64,000 bases of DNA from Eledone cirrhosa (GCA_964016885.1 OZ024765.1:8308001-8372000), one strand, 5' to 3'; counted from the first letter of the stretch, positions 13,932 through 28,887 are shown. The notes: generated by a model from the letters alone, not told the origin. Translations and numbers: made by a program.

Positions 13932-14242
13932 ATATATATATATATATAAAAATAAATAAAATAAAATAACAGGAGGCTGGACTGGTGTAAATCCATTGAA
14001 ATGATCATAGTATAATAAACCTTTCAAGGATTTACACCAGTCCAGTCCAGCCTCCTGTTATTTTATTTATAATTAACTCCGTATTCGCACCACCAACTAC
14101 ACAAACGAAGATGGGTGAACTGCACTGCGTTGAGTACTCTTCACAATATTACACCAGGATTGACCATACGGAATGACCAGTTCTATCCAGTGGTGAACCA
14201 ACAAACCTAAAGATATATATATATATATATATATCTTTAGGT

Positions 14243-14480
14243 TTGACCGATGGGTGAAGAAGTGCCAGGAAATGCCAGTTGAAGGAAGACGTAGTAGAGG
14301 TAGACCACGAAAAACATGGGCGGAGGTGGTGAGAACAGACCTCAGATCATTGAAGCTCACGGTGGAGATGACGAGGGACCGTGACGAGTGGAGAGATGCT
14401 GTGCTGAATAAGACCCGTCCCACCCTTGCAAGCAGGGAAAAGCGGACGTAAAATGATGATGATGATGATGATGATGATGA
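14243..14480 (+). mobile_element. RTE LINE 3' end fragment (also 42330-42620 +, 32823-33072 +, 43540-43755 -)
   Basis: VEGRRSRGRPRKTWAEVVRTDL...RDEWR motif and (GAT)n tail. Confidence 0.85.
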
Positions 14481-14565
14481 TATATATATATATATATATA
14501 CTTAGGTTAATAGGAGTTAGGTATTGTATTGGTTGGTAGAGTCCATAACACCAATCAAACCCCTT

Positions 14566-14620
14566 TTATAGCTCTGAAGAATCTTACGGTTATGTAAGGA
14601 AGAAACATTGTAAGCCAATA
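14566..14620 (+). ncRNA. Hammerhead ribozyme-like motif
   Basis: gct-CTGAAGA-atcttac/gtaagga-a-GAAA-cattg-TA-agc, followed by AATAAA. Confidence 0.55.
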
Positions 14621-14879
14621 AAAAATGTTTGATGTTGTAGACGCTCTTGTGTTCTTTATCATATATATATATATATGTGTGTGTGTGTCTATATATATAT
14701 ATATTTAGGTTATGAAAGAAATGCTTAGGATTATCTTGGATGCAGTAATTGTTAATTACTACACTAGATAGAGTTGACGTGCGGTGAGGGGTTACTCAAC
14801 GAGTTATGGAAGAACAGTTGAAGAAACTCAGTTCCTGATCCTTCTGTTTTCCTTAAGGGTATTTACATTTTAACCATTC

Positions 14880-14991
14880 TGCTCTGAGGAAACAGTGGTA
14901 ACAGCATTTGATAATTGAGTTTTGCAAATAGTTATAAATTTGCACATAGCATAACTAGGCTGTATAACCATCGTGGAAACATTTGTAAGCA
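14880..14991 (+). ncRNA. Hammerhead ribozyme-like motif with long stem II region
   Basis: tgct-CTGAGGA-(about 85 nt)-GAAA-catttg-TA-agca, followed by AATAAA. Confidence 0.45.
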
Positions 14992-15106
14992 CACAGAATA
15001 AATTACCTTTTTATGATGTCTACCTGTTATTATTCATTCTTTATATATATATATGTGTGTGTCTGTCTATATATATATATATATGTGTGTCTGTCTATAT
15101 ATATAC

Positions 15107-15147
<41 letters not shown>

Positions 15148-15163
15148 TGTCTATATATATGTC

Positions 15164-15198
<35 letters not shown>

Positions 15199-15297
15199 CT
15201 GTCTATATATATATATATATATGTGTGTCTGTCTATATATATATATATATGTGTGTGTCTGTCTATATATATATATATATATATGTGTGTGTCTGTC

Positions 15298-15328
<31 letters not shown>

Positions 15329-15329
15329 C

Positions 15330-15378
<49 letters not shown>

Positions 15379-15418
15379 CTGTCTATATATAATGTGTTTT
15401 CCCCTACTTTCTCTGCAG

Positions 15419-15577
15419 GGTCATTCACAATGTTGTCCATCTTCTGAAATCTGTGATAACCATAGCGATGGTTGTTGTTGTCCTCAGTCAGGCCAGAGGG
15501 CGCTGGATGAGTTCCGCACCGAAATAGACTCAGTGGTGCAGCCTTCAGCTTACATTTTACCGCAGAGCACAATAGTT
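15419..15577 (+). CDS. MTF1: MTF-1 exon, Cys-rich and acidic segment
   Basis: Polypyrimidine tract and cag|, |gtaagt donor, 159 nt, phase 0/0. GHSQCCPSSEICDNHSDGCCCPQSGQRALDEFRTEIDSVVQPSAYILPQSTIV. Confidence 0.85.
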
Positions 15578-15807
15578 GTAAGTTATCTTTCATTATCATT
15601 GAATTGGCAGTATTGGGAGAGGGTCGGACATGCTTTCCAGCATAGTTACTTCCCTTTACGATCCGAGTTCAAATCCCGCCGAGGTTAACTTTGCCTTTCA
15701 TCCTTACGGGGGTCGATAAAATAAAGTACCAGTAATGTACTGAGGTAATTGCTGGCCTTGTGCCAAAAGTAGAAACAATTATCATTACTACACCTGATAT
15801 CCCCCCT

Positions 15808-15841
<34 letters not shown>

Positions 15842-16389
15842 ATATCATGACTCGTACCCTGTTCATTTTCCTGACATTTGTACATTATTCTATGTACTAT
15901 ACATGCACCTTTGATGAGTTGTAGTGCACCTGAACACTGTACACAATTATTTTCAAAATTATTATTACTAGGAGAAAAACCACCCTTCTGAAACGAAGAT
16001 TGTGTTACACTATCTTCTGTAATCAGTAACGTAATCCATGATAACATTAAAAAAGACAATATTATATATAAACTGCATTAGGAGAAAATTAGTGACGGAA
16101 ATATATACGATTATAAGTGTTATAATATAACGGCCGCTAACAGGAAGTGTTGACATTTGATAATTTTAAAGAAGTAAATCTTTGAATAAGCTATAAAATA
16201 TATTTAATCAGCAGCCACGAAATTTAGCACATAAATTATGTAATATTCAATCTATTGTTAAGTTGTTTTACAGATAGTGACATATCAAAAAACAAGAAAT
16301 TATTGTTTTAAGTTCTGTTTGAATCAAACAGAACTTAAAACGATAAGTTCTTGTTTTGGGATATGTCACTATCTGTAAAACAACTTTTA

Positions 16390-16450
16390 TATTTTATCTG
16401 ATGAGAGCGTACCAAAATTTTGGTACCCTTGAAATATATATAATAAAATA
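16390..16450 (+). ncRNA. Type I minimal hammerhead ribozyme motif
   Basis: tattttat-CTGATGA-gagcgtacca/tggtaccctt-GAAA-tatata-TA-ataaaata; 8-bp stem I. Confidence 0.8.
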
Positions 16451-16612
16451 AATACGGTTTTATAAAGATAGTTTCCATTTATTAATATTATTGATATATA
16501 TGTCTATACTTGTTAATACTACATATATTCACCCACACGCAAATAAAATTGATTTGTCTTATAAGTCGTCAAATATTGTAATAAAAAAAAAATTAATTAA
16601 TCAATTCAACAG

Positions 16613-16775
16613 ACATCATCAGCAGCAGCAGCATCTGGTTCCACAGATGACCCTCCACGACTAACTGCGGAACAAATTCTAAATTCCTTGTGTATACAAC
16701 AGCCAGTATTGGAGACAAATCAGGATTCTCCGTCACAGGAATCTTCCATCGCTAACTCAACACAGGATTTTCCAG
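16613..16775 (+). CDS. MTF1: MTF-1 exon, Ser/Thr/Gln-rich
   Basis: cag| acceptor, weak |gttcgt donor. Phase 0/1 bridges the neighbouring exons in frame. TSSAAAASGSTDDPPRLTAEQILNSLCIQQPVLETNQDSPSQESSIANSTQDFP. Confidence 0.72.
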
Positions 16776-17280
16776 GTTCGTCTCAAAGTTTCCTTTTTCT
16801 TTTGTTCTGTGTTTCTGTCCCTCGTAATTCCAGATTTCAAACATTCCACAGTATTTTTGTTAATCTTGAAGGCTTTTTAATTATTTCATTTTATTTTTGT
16901 TTAATACAATTTAGTTAGTATTACTATTAGTATTACTAGTACAGTAATACAATACAGTTTAGTTAGTCAATACAGTAATACAATACAGTTTAGTTAGTAT
17001 TACCAATACAGTAATAACTACAATTTATATAATAAGCATGTTATAGTTGTTATAAATGTTTAAGATGGCGTGCAATTTGTTAGAGACTCGTGTGGTGATA
17101 ATGTAGGTATTTTTTATGTGAGGTGTAATGCAAAGCACGTGATAGAGTTGGATAGGTGACTTTCATTCAAGTGTTTTTGTGTTGTAGTTCGTATGTGTGT
17201 GTGTCTATGTTGGTTGTAACTCACAGCTATTAACCATGGAATTATTTTGAGTCGTTTATAGTTTTATATATATGTATATA

Positions 17281-17328
<48 letters not shown>

Positions 17329-17870
17329 TACTTTGGGAGGGTCATGTTGCCAATAAGAAACACACGCACCAGTTGCTTTCACTTCAATTTATTATATATT
17401 TATAAATTTATAAGTCATATGACTATATATAAACAACTATCTGGTTGTGGAACCAACCAACCAACCAACCAGAAATTTATAAATTTATAAATATATAATA
17501 AATTGAAGTGAAAGCAACTGGTGCGTGTGTTTCTTATTGGCAACATGACCCTCCCAAAGTATAACAATATCGGTTTCAACACACGATTTCAGATAAAGAA
17601 TCTTGCTAAACAAATTCAGAAACGAAATATATATATATATATATATAAATATTAACAATATTAATAAATGGAAAATATCATTTATACCATATTTATTTTA
17701 TTAAACGTATTTCAAGGAGACAAAGTTTTTGTGTGCTTTCATCAGATAAAATATATTTGGTGTTACGATATTGACATACCTTAGCATAGACTGAATAATA
17801 TAAGCTCGCTAACAAGCTTATACTATTTAGTCTACGCTAAGGTATGTCAATATCGTAACACCAAATATTA

Positions 17871-17930
17871 TATTTTATCTGATGAAAGCACACAAAAACT
17901 TTGTCTCCTTGAAATACGTTTAATAAAATA
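17871..17930 (+). ncRNA. Type I hammerhead ribozyme motif (antisense twin at about 17693-17752)
   Basis: tattttat-CTGATGA-aagcacacaaaaactttgtctcctt-GAAA-tacgtt-TA-ataaaata. Confidence 0.72.
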
Positions 17931-18059
17931 AATATGGTATTATAAATGATATTTTCCATTTATTAATATTGTTAATATTATATAATATATTATCATCATC
18001 ATCATCATCATCATCACTGTTTTATGTCCGTTCTTCCATGCTAGCATGGGTTAGACGGG

Positions 18060-18090
<31 letters not shown>

Positions 18091-18305
18091 GGGGAACCTT
18101 GGTTCACAAACTTAATTTGTTCCTGAAGAGCGTTCAATCACCTGAGATGAGAGAGAAATACAGTATAACAAATTGCTCGTGAACCTAGGTTACATGCTTT
18201 TTTTTTTTTTTGTTTGTTTTTTTTAAATTCATTTTTTTTTTTTATTTGTTTATTAATTATTGTTTTTTCTTTTCTTTCTTTATCTGTGTCGTCTCCTGTC
18301 GGAAG

Positions 18306-20161
18306 GTCTGAGTGTTGGGTTTGTACAGCTGTCACCTGGCACTGATCCCTCAGAAGACTCTAGTCAACATCCTCTCACAGTGCAGCCTTATATAATAACC
18401 AGCTCAACGGTGCCTTTAATGAACAACAACAACAACAGCAGCAGCAACATCAGCAGTACTTCATCTCCTTCTCCTCCCCTTCATCTACTTCAACAACAGC
18501 AGCAGCAGCAGCAGCAACAAGTTCCTTCAACTATTACTTCTTCTTCTTCTTCTTCTTCTCCACATTTTCTGACTCCCCCGCTCTCTCGTCCCCTTCCTGA
18601 CCCTAGCTCCATTACAGACACTACAACACCAACTACAACACCACCGACTGTCCTCACTACAGCCAATACTGTGATTATTTCTGGTCCAGAGGAACAACAT
18701 CACCATCATCACCACCATCATCATCATCAACAACAACAGCAGCATCATCATCAACAGCAGAATATAACTATCCCAGCAGCCTCTGCTACCCCCTTGTCGA
18801 TCTCCCTAGCGTCTGCGGGCACCCAGTTCCTCTCCCGGCCGTTGATGAATGCCACCACATCACAGCCCAACCCTCTGTCCACGTTGACGGCCGCTACTCC
18901 TCCTCCTGGGTCCGCGGCTGTTTCTTGTCGGCCTTCTCTGCCGGCGGGCCCTAGTAGCGCAGATCCCGGGGTCCCCGCCCTGTCTGCTGTTGCCCTGCCG
19001 GTCGTCCCCGCGCCTCCAGGGACGGCGGCCAGCGGCGGTGGGTGTGGCGTGGGTCACCAGTGTTTCTCCTCCGACGGCTGCGAGGGGGGCGGCGGTGCTG
19101 CTGCTACTACTGTTGCTAACGGCAACAGCATCGGGGTGGTCACCGCCCTCCTGCCCTCGGCCCCAGGAGGGGCTGCCCTCATTCCTGGCCTCTCCCTCTC
19201 CCTCTCCAACTGTACGGTGAGCTTCATGCGGGAACTGAAATCTAAGCTGAACTCTGCCACGGTGGTGCCCCTTGTCATCCCTGCCCCTCCCGCTAATCCG
19301 GCCCTTGTGGGACTGACCCCCTCTCATAGTAGCGCCACAGCTGGTAGCACTGCACTTTCTGCCGGTGCAGCTATCGTTGGTTCTGTCGGTGGTAGTGCAG
19401 CAGCTGCGACCACTGCAGACGCATTTCTCATTTGTAACGACACCGACTTAGTGACTTCCAGTGGCGGCTGCTCGGACACCGGTTCGAATTTGGCTGGCGG
19501 TGGTAGACACAACCCTTGCGTCGGTCCAGGGAACGTTTGTGGCAGTTACACGAACTCCTGTCACGTCGGTTGTAACACCAACAACAGTAGCACCAACCCT
19601 TGTCACAACAGCAGTCACAACAACCCCTGTCACAACAACCCCTGTCACAGCAGCAGTCACAGCAACCCCTGTCACAATAATCCTTGTCACAACAGTAACA
19701 ACAACACTAACCACTGTCACACCAACTGTAACACTCACAGCTGTCACAACAGTCTGTGTCACACTAACAGCTGCAACAACACTAATGCCTGTCACAACAG
19801 GACTAACAACACCAACAGCTGTCACAACAGTACTAACCACTGTCACAACACCAGCAGTGACATCCACCTCGTCAAGCCAGATCGACGGGTCAATCCTGTC
19901 ACCACCACCACTACCTCATCGGTGAAGGACGCAGCAACAGGTCCTGTCGTCGAAACAACGGCCAGTGACGGGGTGTTTGACGGAAGCCTGAACCCACGTA
20001 CTGTTTGCTGCATCCAGCCATTCCACAGTGTCGGCACCAGCTGCTCCGACCCACACAAAGGTGCTTTCATACACTGGATACCTTCTTCTTCTCCAACAAG
20101 ACCCTCTGTTGATGACACATCAACAATGTTGTCCACACCTCCACACGTCACCTCTGTATAG
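18306..20161 (+). CDS. MTF1: MTF-1 terminal coding exon (poly-Q/H/N/S, Pro/Ala/Gly-rich, CH repeats)
   Basis: Long pyrimidine tract and aag| acceptor in phase 1, continuing the GC-rich ORF 18260..20161 to TAG. Confidence 0.85.
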
Positions 20162-20683
20162 CAATAGTAACTCTCTGGGTTTGTAAAATACAATTTTTAA
20201 AAAAAAAATATATATATATACACATATATATATATTTAAATATATATATATATATAGTGTAGATAAATCTACCAAAAGTTTACGGTAGTGTCCAATCCGT
20301 ATGAAGAACTCAATGTAATCCGGATATCATGGAAAGAAGAGATGCATTCAAAAATCACTTTCGGTGAAAGATAAACGGAATACAGAGTCAAGATAAAATA
20401 TTAAAAAAATAATGAATAAAACAAAGAAACAGTTCCTTATATTAAACAAAAAAAGTTCATTATTTAACGATCGTTTCTAGGACATATATGTGTTAGAATT
20501 GGCATGCATATTCAAAAGAATGTGATGGTATGTATATTCTCCTTGATAGTTTGTATAATTTTGTACATAGATCTTTTGAATATGCATGCCAATTCTAACA
20601 CATATATGTCCTAGAAACGATCGTTAAATAATTAACTTTTTTTGTTTAATATAAGGAACTGTTTCTTTGTTTTATTCATTATT

Positions 20684-20762
<79 letters not shown>

Positions 20763-21035
20763 AATACAAGGATGATTTGTTAAGCCTTCAATACGTTGAT
20801 TGATTGGTGACACGCTATTGATCAGCTCAAGGTTCGATCCGTGTCGATCTGGTCCGACTCTGGAATCAAAAGCTCGTCGGACCTCTGCTGTACTAATGAC
20901 AGAATGGACATATATATATACACACATATATATATATATACACACATATATATATATATAAATATATAATTAATAATAATAAACTTGGTTGATCTCATTT
21001 GGGAATCAAAGATTTATTGAAAAAATATATCTATA

Positions 21036-21092
<57 letters not shown>

Positions 21093-21503
21093 CCCCTTTG
21101 GACAGCGTTTGGCTTATGTCAGGCCTTGTGACCCCAGGTTGATCAGCAGTATTGTTGGTAGGGGTTGAAACTGCCTGAATCTATCTCAACCACCGATGAC
21201 CCTGGAGTTCTGTGCCCTTTGTTTGTATATTTATTTTTAAAAAAATAGTTTTTTAAGTTTTCCCCTTAAAAAATTGTTTTGTTTTGTTTTGTTTTGTTTC
21301 TGTTTGTTGTCTTGTCCTCTCTTTGTTAATTTTCCTAAGTATATATACATGCATTATATATATATATATATATTTATTAATAAAATATCGAGGCCATATT
21401 CAGTTGATTCAGGTTTATGTAAAACTCTGTTATACATAATTTCACTGAAGACTATCAGTTATGATAGCCTGAACTCTTCAGACAGCAAAATATATATACA
21501 CAC

Positions 21504-21536
<33 letters not shown>

Positions 21537-22786
21537 AAATACACACATACACACACACATATATATTATCATCATCATCATCATCATCAACGTTTAACGT
21601 CCGTGTTCCACGCTTGCATGGGTTTGGACGGGGGTAGTTCACTTGAGGCAAGAGTGATTGTCTTGCTCGCATAGGACTGTCTGGCAGGTTTTCTACAGTT
21701 GGATGCCCTTCATCATCATCATCATCATCATCATGTAACGTCCATCTTCCATGCTAGCATGGGTTAGACGGTTTTGTTCCACTTGATGCGGTAATGGTCT
21801 GGAGACCATGTCTTGCTTGTATGAAGTGCCTCTGGCAGGTTTTCTACAGCTGGATGCCCTTCCTAAAAGCAACCATTTTTACAGTGTGGACACATATATG
21901 TGAAAAGGAAAAAAGAAAACAGTATTCAATCCAGAAGAGAACTGAAATATATTATTTATTTATGTTCATATACAGAACAATGGTGGTACTCAAGGTTTCA
22001 AAATCCATATTTGACCATACCTTCATCATCATCGTTTAACATCTATCTTCCACGCTAGCATGGGTTAGACGGGAATTGTCCCACTTTAGGCAAGATTGGT
22101 TGGGTGACCGTGTCTCACTCGTATGGGACTGTCTGGCAGGTTTTCTACGGCTGGATACCCTTCCTAACACCAACCACATTTACAGTGTGGACTGGGAGGT
22201 TTTTACCGTGTTACCTACACGGCCACATTACAGCGTGGACTGTGTGTTTTTTTGTCGTGACACCTACACGACCTCATTTGTTTGGACTGGGTGTTGTGGT
22301 ACCAACATAACTTTACAGAGAAAGGGGTGGTGTTGATGGGAGTGGAAGGCTGGAGTAGGGGTAGTGGGTTGGGGTGTTTGTTTGGTTAAGAGATGCCTAC
22401 TGCAGTTCGTAGGCCCCTCCAAACCACTCCATATTCATATTAATGCCTGATGAAAGGTCACTATTTAGATGTCTCTTGTATTCTAGGGGTAGGGTCAAAT
22501 TTTGGACCTGGGTAATACCTTTGTTCCATGTAAGAGCATAAATAGTAAATATATGACTGCTGTGTCATGTGATAATTTCTCCCTCCCGAGAACTATTCTA
22601 TTGTAAAGGTCAGGTCAAGAAGCAGTCCACTAAATTGAGGGGGTCTCTTGATAAGCCTTATAACTTCACAGCGATGGTGCACTTTTCTGGTGCAATATTA
22701 CTGCATGACAGTCAGTGAAACTGCAGTCGGGACTTTGAAGAAAAAATAGGTATATTTTTCTCTATTACTTCCTCGCATTTATAATT

Positions 22787-22824
<38 letters not shown>

Positions 22825-23186
22825 CAAGCAGGGGAAAAGCGGACGTAAAATGATGATGATGATATATATAAATATATATATATATATATTTATTTTTATT
22901 CATATGTAACCCATGTGCAACCACGCAGCACTCCATTTTTCTTATATATATATATATATAAATATATATATGTATATATAAATATATATGTAGGAGGTGA
23001 GTTTTATTGTAACAACAATAAAGCAATGCAAACATCGGATAAGTAGCACTCCACAGTTTATGGGACTGGAGTATAAATAATATAAGATCAAAAGATGGTT
23101 AAAAGAGTTCCAAGTATTTTATGTTATTATATGTTGATTTAAAACTTCACTACTCACAAGTGTTTTTTAAACTTCATATGTTTCCC

Positions 23187-23257
23187 TATTTTATCTGATG
23201 GGAACGCAAATATCACCCCATGATGATATTTGTTTTTGAAATGCGCATAATAAAATA
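23187..23257 (+). ncRNA. Hammerhead ribozyme motif with a core variant (CTGATGG)
   Basis: tattttat-CTGATGG-gaacgcaaatatca...tgatatttgttttt-GAAA-tgcgca-TA-ataaaata. Confidence 0.6.
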
Positions 23258-23289
23258 CTTAGAACTCTTTTAACCATCTTTTGATCTTA

Positions 23290-25324
<2,035 letters not shown>

Positions 25325-25879
25325 GTTTCTACAGGACTAGAACTGTTTCATTCGAAGGAAATCATCAGAGTTTATCGCTCTACATGGCTGAATACAATAA
25401 ATGTAATCTGACTTTTTAAAATATTAATAATAATATTCAATTTGTTTGCAATTATGCAGAAAATATATTTTCACTCGCTCTGACAGTTGGCAAGGTCAAT
25501 AAAATAAAGTACCAGTAATGCACTGGGGTTGATTTAATCAACTTTCCTCTCCTCCTCCCCTCCCCCTAAAAAATTGCTGGCCTTGTGCCTAAATTAGAAA
25601 CCATTATTATGTTGGTGTTTGGAACATAACTTAAAACAGGTTCTTACATAAAATTATGATGAAAAGTTTTATAACTAACTTTCTCATTATTAATCTAGTG
25701 TTTGGAACATAACTTAACACAAGTTTTTACATAAAATTATGATGGGAGGTTTTATTACTAACTTTCTCATTATTAAGTTGGTGTTTGGAACATAACTTAA
25801 CAAAGGTTCTTGCATAAACTTATAGAAGGCTTTTAGATAAGTATAAACATTTTAACCTGTTTAGTAGTCTAGGCCAGTG

Positions 25880-26850
25880 TCATTGGTCAGTTTGTCGATG
25901 TGTATCGGAGTTTTCCTTTCCTTACAACTCCATGAAATGGGTTCCAAGGGATTAACTTGGATGTCCCTAGTTCAGGGTTTGACACACATGACCACCAGTC
26001 CCGGGTGTCACACACAAGGACTAGATATGTGGAGCTGTTTTTGGCTGAACTTTTCACTGACTTTTGGCAGGTCTCCATAAAGGTGTTTATTTGTCATATG
26101 TTGCTGCCATTTCACATTAAGGGCCATTTGTAGCCCCCTTTGTGTAGCAGCAGTTTAGCCCACTTGTTAACTTCTCGGTCAGTGTTCGTGTTTCACTGCC
26201 ACACAAAACTATGGATTCAACAGCTGCAAGGAACAGTTTGGTTTTGATCCTTCCAGGAAATTTGGAGAGCCAGATTTTCTCCAGTTTGTGACAGGCTGTC
26301 CTTGCTTGCATCCTCTTTACCCTGATACCTGCTACTATGAAGTATTGGGCCAGATTTTGATCCTTCCAGGAAATTTGGAGTGTCAGATTTTCTGTAGTTA
26401 ATGACAAGTTGTTCTTATTTGTGACCTCCTCACTTTGATATCTGTTACTATGAAGTATTGAGACAGATTTTCTCTAGTTTATGACAAGCTGTCCTTGCTT
26501 GTGACCTTCTACCTTGATATCTGTTACTTTGAAATATTGGGCCAGATTTTCTGTAATTTGTGACACTGTCTATACTTGAGCCTTTCTCGCCCTGATACCT
26601 GCTTCTATGAAGTAGTGGGCCAGACTTTCTTTAGTTTGTGACAGACTGTCTATATTTGAGCCCTCCTTACATTGATACCTGCTACTATGAAGAATTGAGC
26701 CAGATTTTCTTTAGTTTGTGACAAGCTGTCCATATTTGAGCTCTCCTCACTTTGATATCTGCTATGAAGAATTGAGCCAGATATTCTTTAGTTTGTGACA
26801 GGCTGTCCATACTTGAGCTCTCCTTACCTAGATATCTGCTGTGAAATATT
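25880..26850 (-). mobile_element. Degenerate LINE 3' fragment followed by a decayed tandem expansion (unit about 65-70 bp)
   Basis: ACHKLEKIWLSK...IKTKLFLAAVESIVLCGSETRTLT is RTE-like; repeated ccagattttct...tgtgaca...gatacctgctactatgaag units. Confidence 0.55.
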
Positions 26851-27004
26851 GGGGATTAATTTAATGGGCTGGTCCCAATCCTTCTCCCCTACACCCCTGG
26901 ACTTTCACCCCTGCCCATGTACTACCTGCTGTTCAAAAACAACAGCATTGATCTCATTAGTCATGGAGGGTCAGTGAAAAGCTATTCTCCAGAGCAAGCC
27001 ATTG

Positions 27005-28135
27005 GAGTGGTGGGTTGGCAGAATCGGTAGAGCGTTGGATATGTTATGTGGTATTTGTTAAGGGCTCTTTATAGTTCTGGGTCTCAATCGTGCTGAGATC
27101 AGAGCTTTGCCTGTCATCTTTCTGGTGTCAATAAAATAAAGTACCAGTAATGCACTGGGGTTGATTTAATGGACTTCTCTTCACCAACCCACCCCAATTT
27201 CCTGGCCTTTGCCTATATCAGAGACAATTATATTTATTGGATTGCCAGTAATCAGTAGAGCAGTATAGAGTTACGGCCCTTTACGTCATGAGTTCAAATC
27301 CCACCGAGGTTAGCTTTGCCTTTCATTCTTAACGGGTCAATAATATAAAATACCAGTAATGTACTGGGGTTGATTTAATTGACCCCCCCCCCTCTCCTTC
27401 CTTTCAAATTACTGGCCTTGTGCCTGAACTAGAAACAATTAGGATCGGTAGAGTGTCAGACAAAATGCTTTGCAGTATTTAGTTACGTCCCTTTACGCTC
27501 TGAGTTCAAATCCTGCCGAGGTTAGCTTTGCCTTTCATCCTTTCAAGGGTCAATAATATAAAGTACCAGTAATACACTGGGCTCGATTTAATCAACTTCC
27601 CCCTCCCCTAAAATTGCTGGCCTTGTGCCTAAAGTGAACCAATTATTATTATTACTGGCAGTATTGGGTAGAGTGTCGGATGCCATGCTTTGCAGCATAG
27701 TTACGTCCCTTTACGGTCTGAGTTCAAATCCCGCCGAGGTTAACTTTGCCTTTCATCCTTACGGGGTCGATAAAATAAAGTACCGGTAATACACTGGGGT
27801 AATTGCTGGCCTTGTGCCAAAAGTAGAAAGAATTATTTTGGCAGTAATCAGTAGAGCGTCAGACACCATGCTTTGCGGCATGGAGTTACCCCCCCTTTAT
27901 GTTCTGGGTTCAAATCTTGCTCAGGTTAGCTTTGCCTTTCATTCTTACAGGGTCGATAAAATAAAGTACCAGTAATGCACTGGGGTCAATTTAATCGACT
28001 TTCCCCTTCCTCAAAAATTGCTGGCCTTGTGTCTAAATCAAACTTTTACCAGTAATACACTGGGGTTGATTTAATCAACTTACCCCTCCCCAAAATTGCT
28101 GGCCTTGAGCCTAAAGTAGAAAGCATTATTATTAC
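27005..28135 (+). mobile_element. Head-to-tail array of about 6 diverged family-A SINEs
   Basis: Repeated SINE heads and bodies, all in one orientation with almost no spacer. Confidence 0.75.
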
Positions 28136-28150
28136 AATGAATTGTAATAA

Positions 28151-28606
28151 TACAAGGCTCTGATGAAAGTTTATAGGCTGACCAAGATACTCTCATGGAA
28201 TGACCAAATGAGGTTTATTTTTCCAACATAATCCCTGGAAAGAAACTGCGGTTATTAAGAAAAAAATTGTAATTAATGACATGCAAGATTTCACAGCTCT
28301 AGCATCACTCCTTCATAGTCAGCCTATGCTCTTTTTGTCTGAACCTTGTATATGGCCTTACCATATAGCTGAATCATTGTTTAACCCTAGGTCAGGCCTG
28401 GTATGAGGGTTGGCTGAAAAGTTCATTGGCTGACCAAGATACTCTCATGGAATGACCAAATGAGGTTTATTTTTCAAACATAATCCCTGGAAAGAAACAA
28501 TGTGGTTATTAATAAGAAAAATTTGAAATTAATAGCATGCAAGATTTCACAGCTCTAGCATCGCTCCTTCATAGTCAGCCTAAGAACTTTTCAGCCCATT
28601 CTTGTA
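28151..28606. mobile_element. Two adjacent mariner-like MITEs of about 200 bp (28151-28350, 28402-28606)
   Basis: TA-bounded, imperfect TIRs gctgaaaagttc...gctgac / gtcagcc...gaacttttcagc, with near-identical interiors. Confidence 0.6.
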
Positions 28607-28887
28607 CCATTTTGTTGTTTTTGTTGGGTTTTTTTTAAACTAAAAATGGACAGCTTTTTTATTAAAGCAATAATTTAAGACGAAAAAATAATTAAAAGAA
28701 AAAACTTTTTTCTAAATTAAAAAGAAAAATTATTTGTTTTTTTTAATTTTATTAATTAATTTATTAATTTTTAAATCTCGTCGCCTCCCCACCCACCCCC
28801 TCCCTCCTTTCCACAACAGAAATTATTTTAGTGACTGAGACCCCACCAGTCCTGTCCCAAGTTCTTCTCTTACCCCCTCCTCTTCCA

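Noticed and set aside
18527-20193. Overlapping and antisense ORFs within the last MTF1 exon
   Set aside because: Shadow frames of GC-rich, low-complexity coding sequence.
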